Source: Octopus vulgaris | Taxonomy: Eukaryota | DNA length: 64,000 nt | NCBI GenBank assembly: GCA_951406725.2 | Contig: OX597825.1 | Coordinates: 60,078,001-60,142,000, forward strand | Direction of reading: 5' to 3' | Shown: positions 43,188-58,281 of the stretch, one piece after another | Layout of the letters: each line of letters starts with the position of its first letter | Numbering within the stretch: the stretch's first letter is position 1 | Program-made: the position numbers and the translations under genes | Notes under the pieces: model-generated | Told to the model about the DNA's origin: nothing | Seen by the model: the letters and a program-made list of their open reading frames with translations, nothing else | Database searches by the model: none

Positions 43188-43200
43188 GCTTCTTCTTCTT
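42700..43200. repeat. (ATCT)n, a CT-rich tract and (CAC)n/(CAT)n microsatellites
   Basis: Read directly from the sequence. Confidence 0.95.
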
Positions 43201-43717
43201 CTCCGCTTTTCTTTTGACATCCCCTACTCCTACCCTACCCTAGTCTTCTTCACGAATTCTCCTCGCACTATCATACACCTTTTCCTTTTTAATTATCATT
43301 ATCATTATAATTATTATTGTTGTTGTTATTATTTGATAAATTAAACTTGCGCCTCTTCTCAATAATCTTTTCACTTCACAGTGTTGTTTCAAACTTATTT
43401 TCAGTTTAAATTACAACATTTCTGAAAATTTCACAAGTTACCACTCCTTTCAATTATATCCCTATAATTGCATTATCAAACATTTTCAGCTTAATTTAAT
43501 TTCATTAATTGTAAATTATCATATGCTCCATTTAACGCAGTTGCATTGTTTAATTTAACATTAAGCCATGCGTGGTCTAGTTCACGTCTGTTGACGCTCC
43601 AGCTTGAATTTTGTAATTCACAGAAAAATCGAGTCCGTGTAATGGTGGGAATAGGTTCAAACACATAAATAACTTACACAAATACACATTTACACAGACA
43701 CAAATGCACTCGAACAC

Positions 43718-43899
43718 GCAAGCATGGCTGTGTGGTTAAGAACCACACCTTGCTTTGCAGCTGCATAGTTTGTTGTCTTTCGGCCTCATTGTCAGGTACT
43801 CTGGAAATTGTCTTCTAGTATATAATCTTTCAAATCAATGCCTTCGTGTCTTGTGAATAAATGTGATAAACGGAAATAGTATGTAAAACAGTCATAAAT

Positions 43900-43934
<35 letters not shown>

Positions 43935-44112
43935 CACATTGTATTAACAAAAACAAATTTCCACACGAAAGCACGTGATTTCTGCCCTTGGCATGGAGCT
44001 TCAACCGTGTTTTTCTGACGTGAATTTGCTACCCGGGTATCGGTTAACCGAATTATCCATACTAGGATAATTCATTCAACTACTTAAATATTTATATATA
44101 TACATATGTATA

Positions 44113-44145
<33 letters not shown>

Positions 44146-44290
44146 GTCTGTGTGTATTTATGTGTGTGTGTTTGTCGCTATCACCGTTTGGCAAACGGTA
44201 TTGGTGTGTTTACATCCCGTTAATTTAGCAGTTCAGCAAAAGAAACAGTTAGGGTTATTTTCATGTTTGAAAAAAAAAAGTACTGTGCTC
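43718..44290 (+). mobile_element. Highly diverged SINE family A, interrupted
   Basis: A head GCATGGCTGTGTGGTTAAG and a later body GGTGTGTTTACATCCCGTTAATTTAGCAGTTCAGCAAAAGA are recognisable. Confidence 0.55.
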
Positions 44291-44314
44291 TAATACGTTA
44301 AACAATTAAAAGAT

Positions 44315-44384
<70 letters not shown>

Positions 44385-45367
44385 TGTGTGCGCGTATGTA
44401 TGCGTGTTTTTGTCTTTACTCTCCATCACTGCGAAACAATTGGAGTTGTGTTTCTTGACGTCCCCGTCATGTACTCTTTCGATTTAAATGCACAAATAAT
44501 AAGATATATATAGACATACACACATACATGTGGACACACACATGTATAAGAATAATTATAGAAGTGACGAAAATTATTGCACCATACGTTATGCTGCTTA
44601 GACGTTTAAAGGCTCAAGACTCGTTTCTAATCGATCTGATATACTCAGAGAATGAAACTGTGGTAGCTTGTAGCTGAAAAAGCTTTCCACCCTTATCAGT
44701 GAGAGGTACGGTAATATCCAGCACATTTGCAATAACATCTGAGGAGAATATTTTGGGATTTCAGCTTAAATAATTGCGCGGTACAACGCTATCAGATATA
44801 GGGGAACTAACTCGGCTGAGATTAACTTTCCTTAGTAAAGACTTAGGCCCTTGAATTTCTCTGGAATTCTTTTCTGTGTGAGGTGGTAAGAAATTACCTT
44901 TAAACAAAAGCTTGTTTGTGAAAGCAATTAGACATCACATCGATTTTTCTATTATTGTAATTGTCTGCTGCCACAGGAGATGCAACGTTATCAGAATCAA
45001 AAGCTTAAAAGTAGCTAGCGGAGAGTATGTATTGATGGCATTGATGCATTAATTTCAAGACCATGAGATAATGGGTTCCGTCCTTACATACTCTTCTTTG
45101 AAAATCAGTAACAACCAAGTGCTGATCGTTCTCTCTTCATCTGTTACATATTGGAGGTTCCACTGGTTCAAATTTTAAAGGGCTGAGACGTTGTATCTTG
45201 CTAGTTACAGTTGCACTTCTGAGGATGGGAACTCAGGACTTGAATAGCTGAATTAATTGTTGCATGCAATGCATTTTGTCCCACGCACGAATCATTCTTC
45301 TCGTCTACCACAACATCAATTGTATTATATTTATTAACTTTATATATTGACTAAACTATATCGAAAA

Positions 45368-45398
<31 letters not shown>

Positions 45399-45401
<3 letters not shown>

Positions 45402-45573
45402 GCAGTAAACACATAAATGTGAAACAAGGTGGAAAAAAGAGTACTCAAATACCAGTGGTAGAGTAATATGCTTTATTTAAAGCAGCAGAAAATTCTACAA
45501 AACCTGTTACTCTGAGTTTCGCGAAACTCAGAGTAACAGGTTTTGTAGAATTTTCTGCTTGCTTTAAATAAAG
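45399..45573. mobile_element. HHR element family F4, spacerless fold-back palindrome (45471-45573) inside (TA)n
   Basis: Same family as 8921-9198. The arms are about 51 bp and centre on TTTCG/CGAAA. Only the 3' half of the HHR is retained. Confidence 0.88.
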
Positions 45574-46050
45574 TATATATATATATATATATATATATAT
45601 AACTTCTGAACCTCTATTTCATTGGTGTTTTGCAAGCAAGACTTGGAAGGCCGTCACTTAATGTTCGTGAAAGATACATTTCCAAAATGGGAGTAACTAG
45701 TTGACAAAGAGTTTCTCCGTACCTAACGAAGAATCCACTCCATAGAAAGATGGAAATAATGTCGACAAGCATCTTCGACTACCTCTGCGACTATCTCAAT
45801 AATTAGCATCCTTGGACTGACTCTTCTGCCCTAACATGGTGCTAGCTACACTTGTTGGGATTTGAATTCAAATCTTAAATAGCTGGATCAAATGCTGAAT
45901 GCAGTGTATTTTACACCACGCAAGAACGAATCTTTCCGTCTATCAATTCAACCATCTTGTATTTAATAATTTGGCAAATAGACTAAACTATATTGAATGT
46001 ACCTTTCGTTTGGAATAAATTATACTATAGTTAACAGTATAATTAACTGT

Positions 46051-46464
46051 ACTCTTTTACTCTTTTACTTGCTTCAGTCATTTGACTGCCGCTATGCTGG
46101 AACACCACCTTTAGTCGAGCAAATCGACCCCAGGACTTATTCTTTGTAAGCCTAGTACTTATTCTATCGGTCTCTTTTGCCGAATCGCTAAGTTACGGGG
46201 GTCACAAACACACCAGCATCGGTTGTCAAGCGATGTTGGGGGAACAAACACAGACACACACACATATATATATAGATAGATATAAATATATACATATATA
46301 CACGGGGCTTCTTTCAGTTCCCGTCTACCAAATCCACTCACGAGGCTTTGGTAGGCCTGAGGCTATAGTAGAAGACACTCGCCCAAGGTGCCACGCAGTG
46401 GGACTGAACCCGGAACCATGTCGTTGGTGAGCAAGCTACTTACCACACAGCCACTCCTGCGCCT
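46051..46464 (-). mobile_element. SINE family A, best-preserved copy
   Basis: Head GGCGCAGGAGTGGCTGTGTGGT..GGTTCAGTCCC and an (AAAAGAGT)n tail. Confidence 0.92.
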
Positions 46465-48692
46465 GTAGTTAATTTTTACTTAAATATATTGTACTTAACT
46501 GTATATTGTGATTAAGCATTTTCAATAATTTAGAACCAAGTGAATATATTACTCATTATTGAACTAATGCATTCGTGGCACAAATTATAGACCTTAGTAG
46601 AAGACTTGCAAATCTTCTCAATTTTAAGTTTCAACGAAAGGAATGACATGATAAAACATTTAGTCGGATATTATACGCTTCCTCGTACCCAGCAGCATTT
46701 TTATTACATAATCGTAAAGATTGACTTCTATTACTGAATCTGTTATATATCCCGTATAATATCACTTAATATCTGTATATTTACCACGCTTTCTTTACTG
46801 CTTGGTATAACATTGCATTACTTAAAATAATCATATGATATATATTAACCCCCATTTCACGAGATTTAATCGGATTAAGTTTAAGATCTAGAGGATTTGT
46901 TTCTAATTTAACACTTGATATCTCTTCCAAAGATTCAGAGTTTTGATAATCTTCTTTGCTAATTCCTCTTAATAATATTTCGTACAGAAGTCACGTCTAG
47001 TGCTATATGAAATGGAAATACTCTAACTGAAATGGATGTCTTCAATGCAGTTCCTTTTTAATTAATCAGGAAATCTTGAATTAAAGTCAACCAACATTGA
47101 TTACTCTTATCTACGAAGAATCAATAGCTATAAATTCTATCATATAAAACAGTGTGCATTGGTGAGTGGTTGGATTTACAGAAATATAAGTACACATGTG
47201 CTTTGTTTACATGTGAAATCTATGCGATTTTGTGATAAACTTGGTTCATTACCTGGTATTCAAGAATTCAGAATGTTCTTTTCGATTACAAGTTAGGAAA
47301 ACTCTCAAGTGCCATGATTCTACCAATATAAATGTATTTTGTTTTTGTTTGTGATATATGTATTGCAAAGCAAAGACAACGGTTCACTGCCACAGGTACA
47401 TAAAAATGTTTAGTTTCATGGCTTTGTCAGGAATCGAACTTTATTGTAGGCTTAATTAAATAAGAACTTGTTAAATGTCTTCCACATTCATATCCTGGAG
47501 AGGTGACTGACACCGTAAAAGATAACATGTTTGTTTTCAGTGACTAGGATATCACTAAAAAACAATGATGAGACGAGATATAACAATTTTTAATTATCTG
47601 GTATCCTTAGATATTTGATCTTAAATGAAACTCTTCGATAAAACAGTATATAGTAAATACACTGACAAATGTTAGGAAAGAAAATAGCGATATTTGAAAA
47701 GGGATACTAGGACTATCTGTATGTAAATTTCGTACAGGGGCGAGCACATACTACCCAAACACACATTGAAACACACGTACGTGCGTGCTCATTCTTTGCA
47801 ACTCACACAAGTACACATACACATTAATATTAAATTAATGCAAGGCTACCAATACGAACGTGAGTTTATTAAACATACGATCTAGTTTTACTACAACACA
47901 GCAAGATAGTATAAGACATATGCGACTGTGTAAAACTATTATAGAATATCTAGTGTAAGACTAGGAAAATATCAGGTGAAGAATGTTGGACACTAATACA
48001 AGAAGCTATAAAACACGAAGAAGAGAATAATCTGTCTTCTGTTTTAAAGGAAACCACCAGATATTAGAAAGAGACTAAATTGAATGAAAGTAGTGTGAAA
48101 AAAGGATAACGAACATATTTATTCTTAAGAAAGAAAACGGCTGAACGTTAAGCGAGGATAATGCAATACTGAAGAGAGAAAAAACTATGGAACAGAGTGA
48201 AATACAATGTAACATTATTGTATTTCTATTATATTACGGTGTTGTATAATAATATAGCATTATAGTATATTAGTTTAGCGGGTAACTTAAACTATATGTA
48301 ATAGTATAGTAATTGTGTAGTCTAATAGTATACTATTATACTATACAGTAGTAGTTTGGTATAACAGTATAGATTAAAGCGGTAGTAATAGAGTGTTTTA
48401 ATATGTTAGTATAATAGTGTAGCATAATCGTTTACTGTAATAGTATAACAGAATAGAATAGTCGTGCGGTTTTTGTATAATAGTTGCAGTGGTTTGATAA
48501 TTTTCGTTCTTGAAGTAAATGCTACTTTATGCCTCAAGCAAGAAATCATTCAAACATTCCAATATTTTTGTTGAAAAAGAAAGGAAAAGAAAACAGTTTG
48601 CAGTCTTTCTTTTTCGTAGGTGTTTACATCTGTCTGGCACTGTCTATTGCAAAGATAAGAACATTGCTAGACAGTTATTTCTGTTCACTGTT

Positions 48693-48761
<69 letters not shown>

Positions 48762-49039
48762 TATATACACATACATACATATACATGCATACATACATAC
48801 ATACATACATACATACATACATACATACATACATACATACATACATACAATACATACATACATACATGAATATATGTGTGTGTGTGTGTTGTCCATCTCT
48901 TTTTACCTGCTAGCAGAGCAGATAAAATGCTATTTTAGTAGTGTACTCATCAAGTGGTAACTGATGAGTAGTTTCTATAACTGAGATCAAATAAAGTCTC
49001 CGTATTTATAAAATTATCTTAGTACACATTTTGTTAATA

Positions 49040-49385
49040 TTGGTTTCAAATTCTGGTACAAAACAAGCAATTCGAGGGCATCGGGTAAGTATTCAATTGG
49101 TACTTATTATATCGACCCCGAACGTAAAGTCGGACGAAATAACCTCAAGCATTATGCCCGGCGTGTAAACGATTCTATCTGCTCGCCACCTCGTAAACAT
49201 TTAATGCTTTGCAGTATTATGTCCCTTTACATTTTGAGTTAAAATTCCACCGTTCCGCCAAGTTCGTCTTTGCCATTCATCTCTTTCAGTGTCGATAAAA
49301 TAAGTACCAGTTAAGTACTGTGAACGATATAACTGGATTGCCCCTCCCATCGAAATGTCTGACTTTGTACCAAAATTTGAAACCA
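49040..49385. mobile_element. Two degenerate SINE family B pieces in opposite orientation
   Basis: GGTACTTATTATATCGACCCCGAA on the minus strand and GTCGATAAAATAAGTACCAG on the plus strand. Confidence 0.6.
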
Positions 49386-50606
49386 CTATTAAATATTTAT
49401 CATTCTATTCTTGTTTCTAAGTTTCAAAGATATCGGTGCTAGCCTCCACTGCGAAATTCCTATCCGATAACAGCCTACTATCTTTGAAAAAGCGAAGGTC
49501 TCATTGAACAATGTAAACCTAGGTACTCTTTCCGAAACGATAGTATATAGTCGCCAGGACAGGGCTTTGGTTTCTCGGAGTTGACATGGAACTAAACACT
49601 AACCTCTCATACAATAGATAAACTCATTTTCTTTCGCTAAAAAAGCTTAAAAAATGTAAATAAATGCCATCATATTCAACGTCATGCTTAGCTACTTTAA
49701 AGCCGCTCTGTGGGTCAATAAAATCAATTAGCGTGTATTGAGTATTTCATCTCCTCGCTTAATCAGAGAAATATGTCAAGCATTATTGATATTCACAGCA
49801 ATGAAGAGTGTTTTATAATAGTTTGATAAGAAATGTAAATTAACGACCGGGAACAAATTCAAAAGGGAATTATTTCTAGATAAGTTTTAATTAACTTGCC
49901 AATCAATAATTGCTGGTTTAATTAATTTTTCTAGTTGCATCAATGTTCATGTGCAACATAATCTGATTACAGCTTGTAGAGGTTAGTCAATGGAAGCGGA
50001 TTCGTATTCTATAGCAACTGATTTGTCTCCAAACCAAACTAAATTTTACTCATAAACTGCCGACAGAAAATCAATGTAAATCATTCTTGTTGCTGGTGGT
50101 CTATTACATCGTTAAAGGTGCTGTGCAGAAATTGTGAAGAAATTCAACGCTAGGCAGTTATATTAAGGTCAGAATCTCTCGGCCAGAATACTCTAGAGTA
50201 ATTCTTTTTATTCCTAGTCCCAAATCTATAATCAAATTCGAACGGACCAGTCCAACCTATCGAAGCATCATTGATTGCTTATTCACTGTTCGCACCGATT
50301 GCAGTGTTGTGTTGAATCTACTAAAGTAATTATCTTCACCAATGTTCCCCATATTATAAATATTTAGTTTCTTAGCCTTCTTCAGAATGCAGGCTCATAT
50401 CAAATAAGGGTTAAACAGTCCATATTCTATCTTTGAGAAACTCATACTAAAGACTTTCTTTTCAATTAGTGAGGCACGATATTGCTGGTCTCGAAAACAT
50501 AGAATTACAATGTAATACAAAATTCGATAATCCATGCTAGGTTATTGGTACTCAGATATACTGCGTCTATGGCCAAACATTTGTTTTTCAATATCTCAGC
50601 CACCAA

Positions 50607-51065
50607 GGCGGTGAGTTGGCCGAAAGGTTAGCACGCCGGGAGAAATGCGTAGCCGTATTTCGTCTGCCGTTACGTTTGTCTGTTCTTGTTTGTCTTCTCT
50701 GTGTTTAGCCCCTTGTGGGTAGTAAAAAATAGGTATTTCGTCTGCCGTTACGTTCTGAGTTCAAATTCCGCTGAGGTCAAATTTGCTTTTCATCATTAAA
50801 TTAAGTCGATAAATTAAGTACCAGTTATGCACTGGAGTCGATGTAATCGACTTAATCCGTTTGTCTGTCCTTGTTTGTCTCCTCTGTGTTTAGCCCCTTG
50901 TGGGTAGTAAAGAAATAAGTATTTCGTGTCTGCATTTTGAGTTCAAATTCCACCGAGTTCGACTTCGTCTTTCATTCTTTCGGGGTTGATAAATTAAGTA
51001 CCAGCTGTGTACTGGGGTCGATCAAATTCCCTAAAATGTTGGGCCTTGTGCCTAGAGCTGAAGAG
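50607..51065 (+). mobile_element. Concatemeric SINE family B with a single TSD
   Basis: The TSD AATATCTCAGCCAC lies at 50590-50603 and 51066-51079. Internal units restart at GTATTTCGT. Confidence 0.88.
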
Positions 51066-51342
51066 AATATCTCAGCCACTATTTCAATATGCATGTACAG
51101 TATTCTTCTGTGTAAAAATTTCCATGAGGAGTCGCGCTCTCTCACACAGAATATGCACCAGCAGCCGACGTCCTAATCCTTAGTTATGCTAGAAAACAGA
51201 ATTTATATAGATCTGACGTACAATGGTACATTGCATCACTGATGGTGTATTCCTTCTCCATCACTTAAACATTTAACTGTCTACTGCACAGTTTATAAAA
51301 CTACAACTATACAACAGAGGACGCACTATAAACAGCAATAAA

Positions 51343-51549
51343 GGCGGTGAGCTGGCAGAAACATTAGCACACCGGGCAAAATGCTTAGCGATATTTCACC
51401 TGTCTTTACGTTCTGAGTTCAAATTCCACCGAGGTCGACTTTGCCTTTTATCCTCTCGGGGTCGATAAATTACGTACCAGTTGCGCATTGAAGTCGATCT
51501 AATCGACTGGTTCTCTCCCCCAAAATTTCGGGCCTAGTGTAGAAAAGAA
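51343..51549 (+). mobile_element. SINE family B (short-tail form)
   Basis: The TSD TATAAACAGCAAT lies at 51327-51339 and 51550-51562. Confidence 0.92.
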
Positions 51550-52885
51550 TATAAACAGCAATGAAAATATACATTTAACAACGTTCGTTTGTGCACGATA
51601 ATGAATATCAGATCCGACGTAATCTTCGCACATTGTAAAAGTACAAAAAACAGGAGGAGCATGTTTAATTCAATTACATTAGGTAATGAAAATCCCAACC
51701 AGTAATTCTTAATTTATTTGGGCTAATCTGCACTGAAAATCAGGCATAATATAGCTGGGGCTATTCTCATTGAAAAAAGTAAACAAAAAGGATTTAGATT
51801 AAAAAAAAGAATAGGGACAATATGATATACAAAAATGACCTTTCATCATGTTTTATTAATCATCACTTTTATATAATAAATTTTGGGAATATTGTGTTAT
51901 GAAAGGTAAGGTTCTTCTTAATTTTAAAATACGGTTTTAAAAATTTGCTGACCACCTCAAAGAACAGCTGATCAAAACCACAATCGGCACTTAATGGGTG
52001 ACAATGATTTGTTACATCAGACAAATCCATCTGATGAATATCCGAGGAGAGGGAAAAAAACTGTGTAGCAAAATATGGTAAATATTAAATGAAATTCTGT
52101 TAAGCATGTATTATTTCTATGTACTGTCTAGCCTTTTATTTTGCTCATCGTTTTACACTGTACGAGAATTGACTTAAAAGTATGTTTCTCAAAAATACCC
52201 TGTGGTGGAGACTGTTCAAAAATTCCTTTGGTACTATTTGAGCTCTCGATACCCATCAGTCCGATGTATACTCACACACTAACGCACATAGACACTCACA
52301 TATATTTATATACTGCGTACTCATGAATCTTAATAAATTGTAACAAAGTTAGAAGTGTACAGGCTACAATTCAGCATGCTACATTTTAAATGTCTCTCTG
52401 AATTCATTATATCACCTTAACAGTACTATATATTATTTTATTGCTTCATATGAATTATACGAGCAACATAGGAAAGACTTAATAGTATTGCTGTAAATAT
52501 ATAATAGCATGTAACACATAGTTTAAATAGATATTTTTCATATAGTAAAATAATGGCCTCACTCTACAGAAATAGTCCGTACCTATATCTGCCTGAGATT
52601 TACGACAGTTGTAAGAGTAACTTATATAGGTTTCATTTTCTCCTCTACAACTATTCAATAAACACTTATAAGATCGAAGTAGGTGCGCAGGCAAGAAAAT
52701 AACCATAGAAATATCGTATAAAACGTTCTATCAGTTACGTAATATCTTAACAGACACTGGATAGTTAATTTGTTGAAATGTCAAAATATTTAGTGTGCAA
52801 AGGTCGAAAGTAGAAACTTATTTACTGACGTTATACACAGCTAGGCTCTAATTCGTAAAATAAAAAATATAATCTAAGAGGATGC

Positions 52886-52961
<76 letters not shown>

Positions 52962-53610
52962 CCTATATATAATACACACACACACATACACACGTGTTTG
53001 TGTTTGTGTGTAAGTAAGCATGTATGTATTTCTCATGTGAATAGAACTGCGTGTATTATTTCCTACGTAAATCAAAAATTGGAAAACGGAAGAATCAAAA
53101 CGAAAGGAAATAAACTTACTTTTCTCTCAAAAAGTACAGTAAGCCATTGTAACTTTTAGAACATAAAATACACATATAAGATTAATATATGAGCGTATAT
53201 ACACACATAATATGAACATACTTGTATTTTTACTTATGCATATATATATATATATATGTATATGCATGAATACACACACATATACATACATACATACACA
53301 CACACATATATATATATATGTGTGTGTGTGAGTATGTATGTATATATATATATATATATATATACATGCATCTAATTATGTGCGTCTACATTTGTATATA
53401 TATATATATATATAAATGTATATACATATATGTATCTAATGTGCGTCTCTCTCTCTATATATATATAAATATATATATGTGTGTGTGTGTGTATGATTAT
53501 TAGAAACGAAAACAACTACAACAATAACCACATGAACACTTTCAGTCGGAGAAGCAATCCTAACATTAACAAAAGTGACGACTAAATGTATAAAGACAGC
53601 AACAAAGAAG

Positions 53611-53762
<152 letters not shown>

Positions 53763-54606
53763 ATGGTGAAAATAAATCACAACGAAAATACTTAAAGGAA
53801 GGCGGGGATGAACAAATAATGATTATTGATTAAAGATTAATTAAACTAAGCTAACGTTTAGTGGTCTTTTTTCCTCAGCTTCTCAAATTATGGGTTTCAC
53901 TACATCTCTTAAGATTCATACTTGCACCATCAACGTAAAAGAGACAGTTCTATTGAATAGATAATTGGTTGTAACTTTTCTAATATATACTTTTGTATCC
54001 AGCTTCTCTATTTTGTCAACTAATCGTAGAATTAAATAGATTAAGAAATTACTAACTACAGGTTCATTTGATTGATCACCTTATAATTTTTTCATTTATT
54101 TCGGCCCTTTTTCTCTGCTATATATTTCAGATTTTGATTGGTTCTATTGTTTTAGAGTTATTTTATTTCGTTTTTTTTTTTTAAATTTCATCTTTCATCT
54201 TTTCTGTTCAATTGTTTATTTTACCATCTCTCTCTCTCTCTCTCATTCTGTTTCTCTTTCCTCCTCTCTTACTTTGTTTCTCTTTCTCTCTCTTCCTCTC
54301 TCTCTCCCCATCTCCCTCCCTCTTTCTCCTCTCTTGCCTACGTTTGCTATAATATGATTGCTGATGTCTACAGAATAAAAGCGATTTCTCTGCACAGAAA
54401 TCTGTTACTTAATGAGCTGAACTAGGAAATCTAAGGAACACAACATAAAGATAGATGTATGAACGTGTGCGTGAGTGCATTTAAGTAAGTGTCTGTGTAT
54501 GCATATATACATTTGTGCCTGTGTATACGCAAATACATATATACATATATTACACGTATACATGCATAATAATATATAATATATATATATATATATATAA
54601 ATTTAA

Positions 54607-54690
<84 letters not shown>

Positions 54691-54913
54691 TTGTGTAAGT
54701 GAGCAGCTTGGTTGGTGGTGTACTTGGAGTGCTGCTCTGTGTAGGTTGTGATGTGGTGTCCGTGCGTCCTCGGCCCTTTACACTTTTAAGGCGAATGTCA
54801 CCAAAATCCTCTTTCATACTTTCTGTGTCAATCTATAAAGTATCCGCTCAGTACTGGGGTGTAACCATCGTACATATATATGTGCGGATTCCTGTGTGCT
54901 TGTGTATGTATGC

Positions 54914-54966
<53 letters not shown>

Positions 54967-55012
54967 CATACATACTTACATACATACATACCTACCTACA
55001 TACATACATACA

Positions 55013-55044
<32 letters not shown>

Positions 55045-55422
55045 CATACATACATAAATAGACACATACATATATACATACATCGAATGTAAAGATTGGA
55101 AAAGATGAACGGTGGACCTGAAAGAGGAAGTAAAGTGTGAGGGAGGTGGTCAAAGACCATAGCATAATCTAAATAAGTTGAAATAAGAAAAAGTGTTGAA
55201 GAATACGTTATAGACACGAATCTATCTTGAACTTTTCTTTATCACTCATTCTCATTCGGTCTACAAAGAATGAAGATGAGATAGCTTTAACACTCAAAAC
55301 TATATATGATACCTGCTCGAAAAGAAAACGAATGTTTGAAGAAATGTCTCAATCAACAAGTAAAGTGTGCATAAGAGGGGAGTACTATGCGTGAATAGGT
55401 GAGTTTTGACTGTCAGAGTTAT

Positions 55423-55848
55423 ATTGGTTTCGAATTTTGGCACAAGGGCAGCAATTTCGTGGAAGGGTTTATGTCGAATACATCGACCCCAATGTTCCAC
55501 TGTTACTTAATTTCTTGATCATGAAAGGCTAGAAGGCCAAGTCGATATCGGTGCAATTCGAAATGAGAAGGTAATTACGGATGAGATGCCACTATGCAAT
55601 TTACTCGGTCTGCTAGTGATTCCTGCCAGCTCACGGCATTCTTTGAGTGTAATATCCTTTTCTAATATAAGCACCATGCACAAAGTTTTGTAGCAGGGAG
55701 CTACTTGATTACATCCATCCATGTGTTTGGCTTGTACTTATTTCACAGACCTTGAAAGGATGAAATTCAAAGTTGGTGACGGCGGAATTTGAACACAGAA
55801 CTTGAAGTCAGACGAAATGCCGCTAAGTATTTTGCCTGCTCGCTGCCT
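55423..55848 (-). mobile_element. Two diverged SINE family B copies in tandem
   Basis: Motifs CATCGACCCC..TACTTAATTT..GAAAGG and GAAAGGATGAAA...GGCGGAATTTGAAC...CTCGCTGCC. Confidence 0.7.
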
Positions 55849-58068
55849 TCTTTCAGTTTAATATTAATTACAGATGTCTATCTTAATTACACATTTATCT
55901 ACATGTGCTAGAATGATGACTGTCTACTGCAGTTGTCGTTTTGTCATACCTTGAACAAAGCAGTGTTTGGAAGAAGGAAGTTCTCGTGTGCAATTGTATT
56001 TTAAACTGTGAAATAGTCTATAATCGTAAAGTACTGCATGACGTAAACAAAAATGGAACTAAAACACAATGTATTCAAACTTTAATATTGGACAATTCAT
56101 GTAACTATTTGATTATAGTAGTGAAACCGTTCTGCTCATACAAATACTCCATACATGATGGAAGTTCGGTAATGAATCAGAAAACGGCTGATCTCAGATC
56201 TTTCTTGTAAGAGTTATCCATCATTTAGTGCGGCAGGGTCCGAAAATTATCTACCCATAGTTTCGGATACAGTGACATGCATTTCCGACTTGAAGATTAT
56301 TGAAAGCAAGCTTTCCTCTGTACGGGTTCCCCAACAAAAACACAACTACAAACAAGGACACAAATACAAGAACTCACTCTTGAAATACAAACGGACGTAT
56401 TTTATGTGCATGGAAACAACTGCATTTGAGAGAATAGCTTTATATATATGAGACAGTGAGAAGTACGAGAGAAGTATGCATACATATATATATATATAAA
56501 TGCATCTATTTACCCACCTGACTGTCTACCCCTCTTCAGCATTGCACTTGCTCCTCTAACTTCGCCATTTGACGAAATAAGGCAATAAAAAAATATGTAA
56601 TTATAATCTTAGCAGCTGAAGTAAGAATTCGAACTCGGTACCCATTTATGATTTATCACCAGGTTATTCTCCCCTAATGAATCGAAATACAGAAACACTA
56701 TATGTCCTGTAGCATATTAGATGCTAATTGCATAATCTTAAACATTTCTGCCTGCTTAAGATAACGAATGCAAATATTCCTGATATTTCTTATTGTTATT
56801 ATAAGTTGGAAGGGGTTGGAATTTTCCTTCAGGATATTTATTCAATGTTTTCTTTTTCTTTAACGCTGTATATGTCATATTCTCCTTTCCATCACAATCT
56901 GTTAAGAATTTAGCACTAGTAACCGCATCTGCCTCAGGATAGTTGCCAGTAATGAAACTCATATGTTAATAATTCAATCATTTATGCTTGTCGATATCTT
57001 ACTTTGCTTTTCCAATAAAAAATTATTCAGCTAGATACTTGGAATTAAAGAAAACGCATATAGGAATATGTTATAGATATATACACTTTATTGTTACATG
57101 AATTCCCCAGGAAAGAGTAAAAAAAATATAGATACAGAAAAATCAAACTGGCTTAATATCTGTTGATATGCGTGCAATTATTCAGCCAAGTGACAAACTT
57201 TTAAATTACTGCTAATTTTCTACACAGCTTCAATCGATAAATACATTTACTGAAATGAATTGAGTAAAAACACTTTCTCTGATTAATGCCATAAGCTGTG
57301 GTTTTAGCGAAATAATTTTCGCTTGGAATCATCTTATTATGGAGATCATTCTGTGGCAGCTAAGATAGAAATATTTCTTCAATGAAAAATCCTATATAAA
57401 TGATTTAGAGCACTTTCTCTGAGACCAATGTAATTTAGAAGTAAAAATGTAAACATGGTTGACACGGAGCTATGCCAGATGAGATTCTTTACTAGAACTA
57501 GTTAGTTATATTACGCTATGATGCTAGATGGAAGTATTTGCTCTATTCTATATGGTAAGACTGACGCTGTCTTTAATTGTGCCGAGGGTTTAAAAGAAAT
57601 ATCAGACTTATATTGATTTGAATTCCTTTGCTTTTGCCCTATTATTTATAGATGCTGAGTATCTGGCAGGTAAAAACCTATAAAGTGAAATGAAATTAAT
57701 AAGGGTTTCTAGCATTTATAGATTGTTCTACAATTTGTTAGCATGCAGTCGGATTACAGTATTGCCAGTTGTCCTATCGCTCAAATGCAGAACCTTACCT
57801 AGGCAGGATTTGAACTCAAAAAGTAAGGAGACGTAAGTAATAGCATAAATATTTTCTATGCCATTTTATCGTCAACGAATGAGCAATGATATCCAACATA
57901 AGCCTATTTCCAAGAAATATAGGATAAGTCATTGTCGAGTATGACAGGTATTTCACTTTTCGACAGCAGAATTAAGCAACATGAAGTGGACATTTGGGAG
58001 GAATTTGTCAGAATACCAAAAGTAATATTGTCTGTTAGTCTTTCTGACGATTTTACAAACATATATAT

Positions 58069-58281
58069 TTCTTTACTACCCACAAGGGGCTAAACACAGA
58101 GGGGACAAACAAGGACAGACAAAGGGATTAAGTCGACTACATCGACCCCAGCGTAACTGGTACTTAATTTATCGACCCCGAAAGGATGAAAGGCAAAGTC
58201 GACCTCGGCGGAATTTGAACTCGGAACGTAACGACAGACGAATTTCGCCCGGCGTGCTAACGTTTCTACCAGCTCGCCGCC
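58069..58281 (-). mobile_element. SINE family B, young copy
   Basis: The 16-bp TSD TTACAAACATATATAT lies at 58053-58068 and 58282-58297. Confidence 0.93.

Noticed and set aside
48960-52060. Isolated CTGATGA/CTGAAGA heptamers (48961, about 50380 minus strand, 52031; also 10756, 24779)
   Set aside because: None has a properly placed stem II, GAAA and stem I partner.
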